Below, piece by piece: positions 1 to 10,673 of a stretch of DNA of 64,000 nucleotides. Source of the DNA: an uncultured Candidatus Binatia bacterium (GTDB lineage Bacteria > Desulfobacterota > Binatia > UBA9968 > JAJDTQ01); assembly GCA_965213675.1 (NCBI GenBank), contig OZ243916.1, positions 3,104,001-3,168,000 of the forward strand, given 5' to 3'. The translations under genes and the position numbers were made by a program. Within the stretch, counting starts at the first letter, position 1, and every line of letters starts with the position of its first letter. Under the pieces are notes generated by a model that did no database searches, was not told where the DNA came from, and saw only the letters and a list, made by a program, of their open reading frames with translations.

Positions 1-618
1 GCCCGCCAATGCTTTGCCGAGGCTCCCGTAGCTGAGACTGGCCAGCAACATCGCCCGGTCCTCGGTCATGTCCTGGCGACGCATGACGATGGCGGCCACC
101 TGTTCCACCGTCAAAGGGAAGAAGGGCAGCCGCAGGCAGCGCGACAGCACCGTGGGCAGCACGCCGCCGGTGCTGTCCGCGATGAGAATGAGCAGCGAAT
201 GGTCCGGCGGCTCCTCCAGCGTCTTGAGCAGCGCATTCTGGGCATGCAGGTTCATGAGCGTCAACGGGTCGATGACGGCGACTTTCATCTTCCCGTTGAA
301 ACGGTGCAGCGCCAACCGTTGCTGCAGCTCCCGCACCTGCTCGATGGTGATGTCGCGCTTGCCCTTGCGCGGTTCCAGATAATGCACGTCCGGGTGGTTG
401 TCGTGCGCAATGGCCTGGCAACTCGCGCACGCGCCGCACGCGGCGCCGGCCGTACACTGAACCGCAGCCGTCAGCGCCGTGGCGACGGTCCGCTTCCCCG
501 TGCCCTCGGGGCCGACGAACAGGTAGGCATGGTGCAGCCGATCCCCTTCGACGGCGCGCCGCAGCAACGCGATCTGCCCCGCGTGACCGATGATTTCCTC
601 AAAGCCGGGCAACCTCAT
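1..618 (-). CDS. holB: DNA polymerase III subunit delta' (runs off window start)
   Basis: Manual translation from ATG 618: MRLPGFEEIIGH...HHAYLFVGPEGTGKRT...AQNALLKTLEEPP. Lies downstream of tmk, the usual synteny. Not in the ORF track because it is truncated. Confidence 0.92.
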   Translation of the reverse strand, partial: MRLPGFEEIIGHAGQIALLRRAVEGDRLHHAYLFVGPEGTGKRTVATALTAAVQCTAGAACGACASCQAIAHDNHPDVHYLEPRKGKRDITIEQVRELQQRLALHRFNGKMKVAVIDPLTLMNLHAQNALLKTLEEPPDHSLLILIADSTGGVLPTVLSRCLRLPFFPLTVEQVAAIVMRRQDMTEDRAMLLASLSYGSLGKALAG

Positions 619-751
619 CCCTCGCAAGTCGTCATCGTCGAGCCAAGGCCATCATGGAGTACCGCAAGTCCTCCATTCCCGCGTCAATGTATTTTCGAGA
701 CAGCCGAAGATCACGCCAATGAACCCCTCGCCAGCGTGCCGGTTCCGGTGC

Positions 752-1405
752 TCACGCGCCGCCGCCGGCCCATGCGCCCAGCCGCTCCTCGACGATGCGC
801 CGCACCTGCTGCTGTGTGTCGTCGGCCGGCCCCTCCGAGTTGACCACGTGGCAGCGCCCCGGATCGGCTTCGGCCAGCTTGAGGAACCCGTCGCGGACCC
901 GGCGCTGAAAGGCAACGCCCTCGGCTTCGAACCGGTCTTCGCGCGCCGACCGCGGATCCGTTCGCGTTCCCGCCCGCGCCAGCGCCAGCTCCGCGGGACA
1001 GTCCAGGATGATCGTCAACTCGGGCATGGTCCCGCCCGTCGCTTCGTGGTTCAATCGCCGCAGCAGGTCGAGGTCCATGCCGCGGCCGTAACCCTGGTAG
1101 GCCAGGGTGGAATCGGTGAAACGGTCGGACACCACCAGACTGCCTTCTTCGAGGGCGGGCCGGACCACGTCCCGGACGTGCTGCGCCCGGTCGGCGAGAA
1201 TCATGAACAACTCGGCCTCCCGGCAAGGGGCGTTGGGGCCGCGCTCCAGCACAAGCCTGCGCAGTTCTTTGCCCAACGGCGTGTCGCCCGGCTCCCGGGT
1301 CAGCAGGCTCGGTATTTGCCGTGTGCGCAGGTACTGGTGGAGCCACTGGATGTGCCAGCTTTTCCCCGAGCCGTCGCTTCCCTCGATGGTCAAAAAACGC
1401 AGCAT
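752..1405 (-). CDS. tmk: Thymidylate kinase
   Basis: FLTIEGSDGSGKS P-loop, TREPG, DRFTDSTLAYQGYGRG. ATG at 1405 chosen within ORF 752..1495. Confidence 0.95.
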   Translation of the reverse strand: MLRFLTIEGSDGSGKSWHIQWLHQYLRTRQIPSLLTREPGDTPLGKELRRLVLERGPNAPCREAELFMILADRAQHVRDVVRPALEEGSLVVSDRFTDSTLAYQGYGRGMDLDLLRRLNHEATGGTMPELTIILDCPAELALARAGTRTDPRSAREDRFEAEGVAFQRRVRDGFLKLAEADPGRCHVVNSEGPADDTQQQVRRIVEERLGAWAGGGA

Positions 1406-1527
1406 TCCATGGCCGGGAGAACGCCCCCCGCATGAGAGGGATTTTACACGAGAACGGGACGGCTGCCCAACCGCAGCGATCAGCGTCAGACGCACCGGCG
1501 GGTCAGTGACGTGAAATGCAATGCGGA

Positions 1528-2034
1528 TCAGCCGCGAACCGACTCAGCGTGGCGCCGCAGCACGTACAGGCCGTCCGGCGTGAAGGGCTGGGACGCCGCG
1601 GCCTGAAAGACCGCCTCCACCGTCATGAACGCGCCGCTCTCCACCTCTTCCTCCTGGAGGGTCACCGGCCCGTCGTAGACGCAGCGGTAGGCCGCTCCCC
1701 ACACGCGGCTGTGGTCGCCGGCATGGTAGAACTTGAACAGGCTCTCCAGCGGGACGTCGCGGATGCCCATCTCTTCCTCCAACTCGCGTGTCGCGCCGTC
1801 GAGGTAGTTCTCCCCCGCCAGCACCACGCCGCCGGCCGCGGGGTCGTAGTATCCGGGGAACACGTCCTTGGTCCGGGTGCGTTTCTGCACGTAGATCTCG
1901 CCGCGCGAGTTGTAGACGAGGATGTAGGTGCAGCGGTGGGGCAGCCGCCGGGCGCGCATCTCTCGCCGCGGCGCGGCTCCCACGACACGGTTGTCCTCGT
2001 CCACGATGGCCACGATTTCATCGCCCGGATCCAC
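1528..2034 (-). CDS. NUDIX hydrolase (YfcD / IPP-isomerase-like)
   Basis: Nudix box GGVVLAGENYLDGATRELEEEMG, plus VQKRTRTKDVFPG and FTPDG. Start uncertain (GTG 2034). Confidence 0.85.
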   Translation of the reverse strand: MDPGDEIVAIVDEDNRVVGAAPRREMRARRLPHRCTYILVYNSRGEIYVQKRTRTKDVFPGYYDPAAGGVVLAGENYLDGATRELEEEMGIRDVPLESLFKFYHAGDHSRVWGAAYRCVYDGPVTLQEEEVESGAFMTVEAVFQAAASQPFTPDGLYVLRRHAESVRG

Positions 2035-2159
2035 AGGGCGGGACGGTAGCCGCCGGCACTTGGCCTTGTCAACCGGAGCGCCTGAAGCGTCAAAGGCATT
2101 CAAGAGTCCGGTTTACTCCTCGACAGGCCCGCTTCTCCCCTCCCGTCGTTCTCCCCTTC

Positions 2160-2200
2160 CGTCGTTCCCGCATTCGCGGCAGTCTTTCGCGGGAATGACG
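2160..2200. repeat. REP-like palindrome (GTCATTCCCGC...GCGGGAATGAC family)
   Basis: cgtcgttcccgc...tttcgcgggaatgacg, matching copies at ~4336, 10194, 20193 and 41618. Confidence 0.7.
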
Positions 2201-2219
2201 ATTCGGGGCGTTCCCGCTT

Positions 2220-3080
2220 TCACAGCGCTGTCAGCACCACGCCCCCCGCACAGATCAACAGGGCGCCGATGACCGCCTTGGACGTGACCCGTTCCTGCTC
2301 CTTGAGCAGCAGGTGGGTGAACGCCACCGAGAACAGGGGCGTGGTGGCGATCAGAGGATCCACCAGCACCACGTCGCCGCGGCTCAGGGCCAGCATGTAG
2401 GAGGTGATGCCGCAACTCGTCACCAGACCCGACAGGCCGAACCACATCACCGCCCTGCGGTTGATGTTCAGATCGCGGTAGCCCCGCGCGGCTATCAGGT
2501 AGACCCCCAGGCCGCTGACGCTTCCCATGATCGTGAGACTGATGGCCAACGGCACCGAAGTGATCATGGAATAGCCGAACTTGCGGATGGGACTGGCGAT
2601 GCCTCCCAGGATCGAAGCGCCGAGGGCGAACAGCAGGTCGCGTTTGCGGAAGGCGGTGAGCGCCCTGGCATCGCGCATTCCGAGGATCGTCGCGCCCAGG
2701 ATGATCAGCACGGTGCCGCCAGCCAGTGTCGGCGTCCACTGCTCGCCCAGCCATGCCACCGCCACCACGCCCGCGAACAGCGGCGAGGTATTCCTGAGGG
2801 GCGAGGCGCGGGCCACGCCCACCCGGGAAATGGCGGCGTAGAACAGGAACTGGGTGATGAGCGGGGCCACGGCTCCGGCCAGCATGAACCAGCCCACCGC
2901 GGGCACGGCCGCCTGCGTCCAGTCGGCCCAGGGACCCATGACCGCCAGCAGGACCGTGCCCATGGTGATGATGTTGCAAGTGATGGCGGTGGTGGTGGAG
3001 CCCGTGCGCAGGCCATAGCGCACCAGGATGTGGGCGAAGCCGAAGAAGAATGCGGCTCCCAGGGCGGTCAGTGTTGCCAT
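2220..3080 (-). CDS. DMT/EamA family transporter
   Basis: About 10 hydrophobic segments arranged as two EamA repeats (AAISRVGVARASPL...LGEQW; LLLKEQERVT). Confidence 0.88.
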   Translation of the reverse strand: MATLTALGAAFFFGFAHILVRYGLRTGSTTTAITCNIITMGTVLLAVMGPWADWTQAAVPAVGWFMLAGAVAPLITQFLFYAAISRVGVARASPLRNTSPLFAGVVAVAWLGEQWTPTLAGGTVLIILGATILGMRDARALTAFRKRDLLFALGASILGGIASPIRKFGYSMITSVPLAISLTIMGSVSGLGVYLIAARGYRDLNINRRAVMWFGLSGLVTSCGITSYMLALSRGDVVLVDPLIATTPLFSVAFTHLLLKEQERVTSKAVIGALLICAGGVVLTAL

Positions 3081-3315
3081 ATGCAAGTGGGACAGGCGGA
3101 TCGCGAAGGCGTCAACGCAGGCGGCCTGTCACGCATGAATCGCCGGCAAGAGGCGCCAGCAAGAGGGATCAGCGGACTACGTGACAGGCTGTCAGGCCGG
3201 CTCACTATACAATACCGGCCGTGCATAGGCTAATCTGTCCCCGGGTGGCGAAAGAAACCCCCGGATGGTTCAGCGTATTTGCGAAACGCAACAGCAAATC
3301 CAGGAGAACGACGAC

Positions 3316-4302
3316 ATGACCTATGATGACCGCAGCGTGAAACCCATGAGCTCCAGCCTGTTGCGGGCGCAGATCGGCACCAAGCTTCTGGCCGGCCTTT
3401 ACGACTGGGTGCCGACCATGATGACCAGCGCCATCCGGCTGTACGTGGACCTGCCGGGCTCCGCGGCCACCGAAGGCCCACCCTTCGCCTTCAACATCGC
3501 CATCAGCCCGGCGTGGTGCAGCGGCATCCAGGGGGCGCGCCTGGTGGGCCGGCGCAAGATCGACATCGCATGGCTCAACCCTTCGGTGATCCCGGCCATG
3601 GCGTATCACGGCCGCGGCCCGTTCCGGAAACCGCTGCCCTTGCGCGCGCTGGCGGTGTTCCCGTCCTACGACCGCCTGGTGGTGGCCGTGGCACGCAAGT
3701 GGGACATACGCTCCATGGACGACCTCAAGCGGAAGCGGCCCGCCCTGACAGTGTCGGTGGCCACCAACGATTGCGTCGATTTCGCCATCGGCGCGTTGCT
3801 GCGCGCCCATGGCATGAGCCTCAAGACTTTCGAGGAATGGGGCGGCGTGGTGGAGCCGGTGGTGCGGCCCAGCAACCCGCGCCGTTTGGAAGGGATCGCG
3901 TCCGGCGAGGTCGACGCGGTCATCGACGAGGGCCTCACTTCGTGGGCCAAAACCGCGGTGGAGCACGAAATGGCTTTCCTGCACCTGGCTCCCAAGGCGA
4001 TGGCGCGGCTCCAGCGCTACGGTTTCACCCATGCGCCCCTGAGCGGCCCCCTGTTCGACGGCAAGCTGCCCGAGCCCGTCACCGCCGTGGATTTCAGCGG
4101 CTGGCCCATCGTCACCCACGCCGACCTGCCCGACGAACTCGCCTGCCAAGTGGTGGGGGCTATCGCGCGCATGCGCGAGGACATCGGCTACGACACCCCC
4201 GGTGTGCCGCCCATGAGCCAATTCTGCAGCGACACCCCCGACGGCCCGCTGGACCTGCCGCTCCACCCGGGCGCGGAGCGGTACTACAGGGAACAGGGGT
4301 GA
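3316..4302 (+). CDS. TAXI-type TRAP solute-binding protein-like
   Basis: LRALAVFPSYDRLVVAV, DIRSMDDLK and C-terminal LPLHPGAERYYREQG, typical of TAXI SBPs. AGGAG precedes ATG 3316. No clear signal peptide. Confidence 0.7.
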   Translation: MTYDDRSVKPMSSSLLRAQIGTKLLAGLYDWVPTMMTSAIRLYVDLPGSAATEGPPFAFNIAISPAWCSGIQGARLVGRRKIDIAWLNPSVIPAMAYHGRGPFRKPLPLRALAVFPSYDRLVVAVARKWDIRSMDDLKRKRPALTVSVATNDCVDFAIGALLRAHGMSLKTFEEWGGVVEPVVRPSNPRRLEGIASGEVDAVIDEGLTSWAKTAVEHEMAFLHLAPKAMARLQRYGFTHAPLSGPLFDGKLPEPVTAVDFSGWPIVTHADLPDELACQVVGAIARMREDIGYDTPGVPPMSQFCSDTPDGPLDLPLHPGAERYYREQG

Positions 4303-4335
4303 CCGCGGCCACCGGCCAGTAGGTCCCTCTCTCTC

Positions 4336-4388
4336 TGGATTCCCGCTTTCGTGGGAATGACTGCTTCGTAACTGTCGCGGGAATGGCG
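4336..4388. repeat. REP-like palindrome copy
   Basis: tggattcccgctttcgtgggaatgac...tcgcgggaatggcg between convergent genes. Confidence 0.7.
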
Positions 4389-4466
4389 TTTCGTAAAGTT
4401 TCCGATAACTGAGGTGGTCGTCTCTCTCGTCGTCCCCGCACGCGCACCCGTACAGCTTGAGGCTGG

Positions 4467-6182
4467 TTACGCCGAGCAGATGACGTTGATCACTGCTTGG
4501 CGCTTTTCCACTTCCACGGCCCTGAGCCCGCGCTCCAGGGCGGGTAGGAGGTCGGCGGGATTTTCCACCCGTTCGCCGTAGCCGTCCGCCACCTCCACCG
4601 CCTTTTCGTACTTGTCCACGGCGTTGAGCATGGTGATGGGCTGGTGGTCGCTCTGGGCGGCGTAGCCCTCGGGGTTGAGTCCCACGGTGGCGCGGCGCAC
4701 GGCCTGCCAGCGCTGGTTGTTGAAGATGATTGTGAGGTGCGGCAGCTTCTGCTCCGCCGCCACGTAGTGGCTGGCGATGGGATTGCCGAACATGTAGGAG
4801 CCGTCGCCGTGGGTGCCGATGACCAGCCGGTCGGGAGCGGCGAGCTTGGCGCCCAGGGCGACGCCGAGGCCGTGCCCCAAGCCCGAGGCGGCGCCGGCGT
4901 TGAGCAGCGTGCCCGGCTGGCTGATGTCGATATGTGTGGACGCCAGGGCCGATTCCTTCACCACGATGGTGTCGTTGCCCTTGATCTGGTTGATGCATTG
5001 GGTGAGCCAGATGGGATGGATGGGGGTGTTGTCCTTCACGTGGTCCAGGCGTTTGGCCCAGCCGTCGCGCTGCGTTTGCCACATTTCCGCCAAAGCGCTC
5101 CGGCGCTGGTCGATGCGCGGCCGGACCCGCGCCTCGTGACTGGACATGGCCTCGTTCAGCACGGCGAGGCCGGCGTCAGTGGCGCACGCCAACGCGATGT
5201 CGCAGGGATGGCCGCGCAGCGGCACGTAGCTGTGCAGCGGGTCCGCGCCCATGTGGATGACCTTGGCGTCGTCCCGCACCTTGTCCGTGGCGGGTAGCCA
5301 CGGCACCGCCACGTCCACCACCAGGATCACGTCCGCCTGGCCCAGGAGCGGGTTCAGGTCGTAGCCCAGGTTCATGGGGTGGCTGGTGGGCAGCGACATG
5401 TAGCGGTTGCGGTACTGCACCACCGGGATGGCGTAGCGCTCGGCCAGGGCGCCCAGGGGTTCCCACACCTTGGGGTTTCGCCCCGCCCAGTTGGTGATGA
5501 TGAGCGGATTTTCGGCGCCCGCCAGCAGCGCCGCCGCCTCGTCCGTGGCCGCGGCGTTGGGATAGGGAGGCGCGGCCGCGTGCTGGCGCCCAGGGGACTC
5601 GTAGGTGAACTCGTCCAGTCGTTCCGCGAGCACTTCCCGGGGAAGGCTCAGGTAGACCGGTCCCGTGGGCTCGCTCTTGGCCACCGCCAGCGCGCGGTCC
5701 ACGATGGTCTCGGTCTGTTTGCCGTTGCGCAGTTCGTAGTCCCACTTGGCGGCCTCACGCACCATGGAGGCCTGGTCGAACATCTCCTGGGTCCAGTGGA
5801 TGTCCAGGCTCCGGTGGCCGTCGAGACCTTCCTCGTTGGTGGGCGTCCGGCCCGCGGTGAAGAGCATGGGAATGTTGCCGCGGGCGGCGTTCAGAAACCC
5901 GTTCATGCCGTTGGCGGTGCCCACGTTGACGTGCACCATCACCGCCTGGGGCTTCCCCGTTACCAGGTAGTAGCCGATGGCCATGTGCATCGCCGTGTTC
6001 TCGTGGGGGCAGGTGACCGGCTGGGGAATGCGCGTCTCCAGCGATTGCGCCTTGGCCATGGCCTCCACGATGGGCGCGAAGTCCGTGCCCGCGTTGGCAA
6101 AGAAATAATCCACGCCCCGGTCCGCCAGAAGCGCCAGATAGGCATCCGCCACGGTCACGTTCAACAGGGTTGTCTTGGCCAT
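4467..6182 (-). CDS. Thiamine-diphosphate-dependent enzyme (acetolactate synthase / benzoylformate decarboxylase-like)
   Basis: GVDYFFANAGTDF, catalytic PHENTA, VHVNVGTAN and ThDP motif GDGSYMF...FNN. GGAAGG RBS before ATG 6182. Confidence 0.9.
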   Translation of the reverse strand: MAKTTLLNVTVADAYLALLADRGVDYFFANAGTDFAPIVEAMAKAQSLETRIPQPVTCPHENTAMHMAIGYYLVTGKPQAVMVHVNVGTANGMNGFLNAARGNIPMLFTAGRTPTNEEGLDGHRSLDIHWTQEMFDQASMVREAAKWDYELRNGKQTETIVDRALAVAKSEPTGPVYLSLPREVLAERLDEFTYESPGRQHAAAPPYPNAAATDEAAALLAGAENPLIITNWAGRNPKVWEPLGALAERYAIPVVQYRNRYMSLPTSHPMNLGYDLNPLLGQADVILVVDVAVPWLPATDKVRDDAKVIHMGADPLHSYVPLRGHPCDIALACATDAGLAVLNEAMSSHEARVRPRIDQRRSALAEMWQTQRDGWAKRLDHVKDNTPIHPIWLTQCINQIKGNDTIVVKESALASTHIDISQPGTLLNAGAASGLGHGLGVALGAKLAAPDRLVIGTHGDGSYMFGNPIASHYVAAEQKLPHLTIIFNNQRWQAVRRATVGLNPEGYAAQSDHQPITMLNAVDKYEKAVEVADGYGERVENPADLLPALERGLRAVEVEKRQAVINVICSA

Positions 6183-6500
6183 CTCATTCCTTCCTTGTGG
6201 TTGAGGGTGAAAGTCCTCTCCCGCGCTACCATGCATCGGGCTCGCGGCTATTGGTATATGATAAAGGAATGACGGGCAAGGCGGTGGTCTGCGGTTCGTG
6301 GTTGCCGGGCAGCGTTCAATGGGCGGTGCTCGAGGGGGTCGGGAGCCGTGTACGGGTTCACGAAGCCCGTGACGCCTTGTCGGCGCCCCGTGTCGCGTCC
6401 CGAAAAATCCTGGGATAGAGATAGATTGCGCGGGGACCAGATCACGCGGGGACTGCTTGTTGTCCGCAAGGCGCGATGAAGGATCGGATCGGGAGAAAAC

Positions 6501-7031
6501 TTGGCCAAGGGATCGAAACGCATGCTTCCGAGAGTGCGGGTGGGGACGTCCACGATTCACGGGGACGGGCTTTTTGCGGGTGAACGGATCCGGAAGGGCC
6601 GTCGCATCATCGAGTACAAGGGCGAGAAAATCCCCGCCGGGGAGGGTCTGACCCGGTCCCGTGGGGACGACGAGCTCACCTACATCTTCAATCTCAGCGA
6701 CAAGTACGACGTGGACGGCTCGGTGAACGGCAATGAAGCGCGTTTCGCCAACCATTCCTGTGACGGCAACGCCTATGCCGACATCATCCGTAGCCGCATC
6801 TGGTTCATCGCGGAACGGGATATCGAGGACGGCGAGGAAATCACCTTCGACTACCGGCTCCAGGGCGACGAGATCTACCCGTGCGTGTGCGGCGCCGCGG
6901 AGTGTCGCGGCTACATGAACGACGCCGACGACGAGGTCGTGAAGACCGCCGCCGGCGATGCGTTCCGGGATGGCGGCCAGGAGCCTGCGGCGCCGGCTCC
7001 TGGCGCCAGAGACGCGCCTGAGCCGCCATGA
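6501..7031 (+). CDS. SET-domain protein-lysine N-methyltransferase
   Basis: IHGDGLFA, ARFANHSCDGN, GEEITFDY and post-SET CVCGAAECRG. Confidence 0.92.
   Translation: MAKGSKRMLPRVRVGTSTIHGDGLFAGERIRKGRRIIEYKGEKIPAGEGLTRSRGDDELTYIFNLSDKYDVDGSVNGNEARFANHSCDGNAYADIIRSRIWFIAERDIEDGEEITFDYRLQGDEIYPCVCGAAECRGYMNDADDEVVKTAAGDAFRDGGQEPAAPAPGARDAPEPP
6976..7004. repeat. CAGGAGCCTGCG-G-CGCAGGCTCCTG palindrome, copy inside the SET gene 3' end
   Basis: gccaggagcctgcg g cgccggctcctggc, the same element as 52214-52248 and the half copy at 35194-35215. Confidence 0.7.
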
Positions 7032-7101
7032 CTCGTTCGTTCTGAGCGGCGCCCCGCGCCGGGGTCGGGACAGTCGTGGACACGTGAAGTTCAAGGGACC
7101 C

Positions 7102-8673
7102 ATGGTCGTTGCGAATCCATTTACCGAGCGCGATCTGAGTCAGCTTCGGGACCGGGGCATCGCGCCCGGGCTGGCTGCAGGCCATCTTGCCGCCCTGGCC
7201 GCAGGCATGCCCCATATGGTGCTGGACCGGCCTTGCACGCCGGGCGACGGCATCACGGTTCTGGATGAGGCCGAGCTGAAACGGCTGTCGCGGCGCGGGG
7301 AGGAGGCCGCGCGCGCCGGGCGCTGTCTCAAGTTCGTCCCCGCGTCGGGGGCGGCAAGCCGCATGTTTCAGGCGCTGCTGGAAGCGCGGAACCGCGCCGG
7401 AGATGCGGCGGCAACCGTGGAGGACATCCGGGATTCCCCCGAATACCCGGCGCTGCGGGAGTTCATGGCGGGCATCGAGCGCTTCGCGTTCTATCCGGAG
7501 TTGAGAGCCGCACTGGCAAGGCAAGGGCAAAGTCTGGAGCGGCTCCGTGGAGCTGGAAGGTTCCGCGAGATTGTGGACTGCCTCCTCGAAACCGATGGAA
7601 TGGGTTACGCCGCCCTGCCCAAGGCCCTCGTCCCGTTCCATCGTCATGCGGACGACTGCCGCACGCCCGTGGCCGAGCACCTGCTGGAGGCGAGCCGGTA
7701 CGTCCGCGACCGGACCGGCAGGGTGCGCGTGCACTTGACGGTTTCCCCCGAGCATGCGCGCGCGCTGGAGGACCACGTCGCGGCGATGTGCCGGCGCTAC
7801 CAGGACCGCGAAACCTCGTTCGACGTGACTCTTTCCGCCCAGCGGCCCGATACCGAAACGTTGGCGGCGACCCTCGACAATCAGCCGTTCCGCGAACCCG
7901 ACGGGAGGCTGTCGTTCCGGCCCGGGGGCCACGGCGCGCTGCTGGCCAACCTCGACCATCTCGCCGCGGACATCGTGTTCGTCCAGAACATCGACAACGT
8001 CGCCGTCCATGCCGCAACCGCGGTTCGTTACCGGAAGGCCTTGGCCGGCATGCTGTTGGAACGGCAGGCCCGGGCGTTCCACTACTGTGACGCCCTCCGC
8101 GCCGACCCGTCACCGGCGTTGATGGACGAGGCGGCCCGCTTCGCCCGCGACGCGTTGTGCGTGTCGCTGCCAGACCGCCTCGCCAGCGCCTCCGCGGCCG
8201 AGGGCGCCGCTGTCCTGTGCGACGTCCTGGACCGTCCGCTTCGGATATGCGGCATGGTTCCCAGCGGCGGCGAGCCCGGCGGCGGCCCATTCTGGGTGCG
8301 GAGCGCCGGCGGCGCGCGCTCGCTCCAGATCGTCGAGTCGTCCCAGGTGGACATGGAGCAGCCGCGCCAAAGGGACATCTTCGCCGCGTCCACCCATTTC
8401 AACCCCGTGGACCTGGTTTGCGGCGTCCGCCGTCCCTCGGGAGCGTGCTTCGATCTTATGCGTTTCCGCGATCCGGGGAGCGCCTTCGTCTCCGTCAAGT
8501 CCAGCGGCGGCCGCCCCCTCAAGGCGCTGGAACACCCCGGCCTCTGGAACGGCGGCATGGCCCACTGGAACACGGTGTTCGTCGAGATTCCCGGCGCCGC
8601 TTTCGCGCCCGTGAAGTCCGTCCTCGACCTGCTGCGGCCACAGCACCAGCCCACCGGCGGATCGACGGATTGA
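7102..8673 (+). CDS. DUF4301 family protein (nucleotidyltransferase-like fold)
   Basis: KFVPASGAASRMF, RPGGHGALLANL, NIDNV, GEPGGGPFW, THFNPVDLVCG, LEHPGLWNGGMA. Confidence 0.88.
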   Translation: MVVANPFTERDLSQLRDRGIAPGLAAGHLAALAAGMPHMVLDRPCTPGDGITVLDEAELKRLSRRGEEAARAGRCLKFVPASGAASRMFQALLEARNRAGDAAATVEDIRDSPEYPALREFMAGIERFAFYPELRAALARQGQSLERLRGAGRFREIVDCLLETDGMGYAALPKALVPFHRHADDCRTPVAEHLLEASRYVRDRTGRVRVHLTVSPEHARALEDHVAAMCRRYQDRETSFDVTLSAQRPDTETLAATLDNQPFREPDGRLSFRPGGHGALLANLDHLAADIVFVQNIDNVAVHAATAVRYRKALAGMLLERQARAFHYCDALRADPSPALMDEAARFARDALCVSLPDRLASASAAEGAAVLCDVLDRPLRICGMVPSGGEPGGGPFWVRSAGGARSLQIVESSQVDMEQPRQRDIFAASTHFNPVDLVCGVRRPSGACFDLMRFRDPGSAFVSVKSSGGRPLKALEHPGLWNGGMAHWNTVFVEIPGAAFAPVKSVLDLLRPQHQPTGGSTD

Positions 8674-9080
8674 CGCATCGAAATCAGGACCATCCCATCC
8701 TTCCGATGCGCACGGCGGCCGGAGGTTCGGACGGCGCCTTTCCGGTGGAACGATGCCTCGTGAGAACACGAACCCCCCGGCCCTCGACGCGCATGCCCGG
8801 TCGGCGTGGGATCGCCTTGGCGTGGAATCACCGTGCATTGTATTAGCGGCTGGGCAAGTCTATATTCGAATGTTTCGGTGGATGGGCGTCCGGTCCGTGT
8901 CACTCGCCCCATTGCAATGCGCGGGCGATCGTGCGCCGTTGGCATGACGCGAGGACGAGGGGGCGCCCGCGCAAACCCATCGGGCCACCGTATCGGTACG
9001 GAACGGCAAGGAAAGGCTGCATGGCACTATTCGGCACGCGGTTCTGGCGGCGGAACGCCGGCGGAGAGAAGAGGAGCGAC

Positions 9081-10178
<1,098 letters not shown>

Positions 10179-10193
10179 CGGAGTATCTCGATC

Positions 10194-10282
10194 CGTCATT
10201 TCCGCGGAACAGGCTGTGACAAAACTCTCCTCGGCCCCGAAACGAGCGGGGTTTTGTCACAGCCTGGGAAGCGGGAATGACG
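10194..10282. repeat. REP-like hairpin interrupted by a MITE
   Basis: Arms CGTCATTTCCGC (10194-10205) and GCGGGAATGACG (10271-10282). Confidence 0.8.
10210..10266. mobile_element. 57-bp MITE with 16-bp perfect terminal inverted repeats and a GGAA target-site duplication
   Basis: CAGGCTGTGACAAAAC (10210-10225) / GTTTTGTCACAGCCTG (10251-10266). GGAA at 10206-10209 and 10267-10270. Confidence 0.8.
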
Positions 10283-10313
10283 TTGAATGACGTTGTATGA
10301 AGGCAGGACGTCG

Positions 10314-10637
10314 ATGGCTTTCCCCGTAGAGATCAACCACGTCAAGACCCAGGGCATCGTGCGCATTACCTGGGACGACGGGCACGTAGGGGAATATCCC
10401 AAGGAACACATTCGCGGCTACTGTCCCTGCGCGTTGTGCCAGGGGCACGGCTCCAGCATCGAGAAGCGCTTCGTGGAGGCGCCGGCGGCGGGCCTCGTGG
10501 CCATCGAGCCGGTGGGCAACTACGCGGTGGCTTTCCGCTGGAGCGACGGTCATGCCACGGGCATCTACACGTTCGACTACCTGCGTACGCTGTGCCCGTG
10601 CGCGGTGTGCGAGGAGAGCAAGAGCGCTGGCGCATAG
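10314..10637 (+). CDS. DUF971 (GBBH-like N-terminal) domain protein
   Basis: ITWDDGH, RGYCPCALCQG, EPVGNYAVAFRWSDGHATGIYTFDYLR, and a second CPCAVC. Confidence 0.9.
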   Translation: MAFPVEINHVKTQGIVRITWDDGHVGEYPKEHIRGYCPCALCQGHGSSIEKRFVEAPAAGLVAIEPVGNYAVAFRWSDGHATGIYTFDYLRTLCPCAVCEESKSAGA

Positions 10638-10673
10638 AGCCATTGGCGCGCCCCAAACGCGACAGGAGGAATC

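Noticed and set aside
6183-7103. N-terminal 300-aa extension of the ThDP enzyme in the ORF track
   Set aside because: It overlaps the SET gene on the other strand. The real start with an RBS is at 6182.
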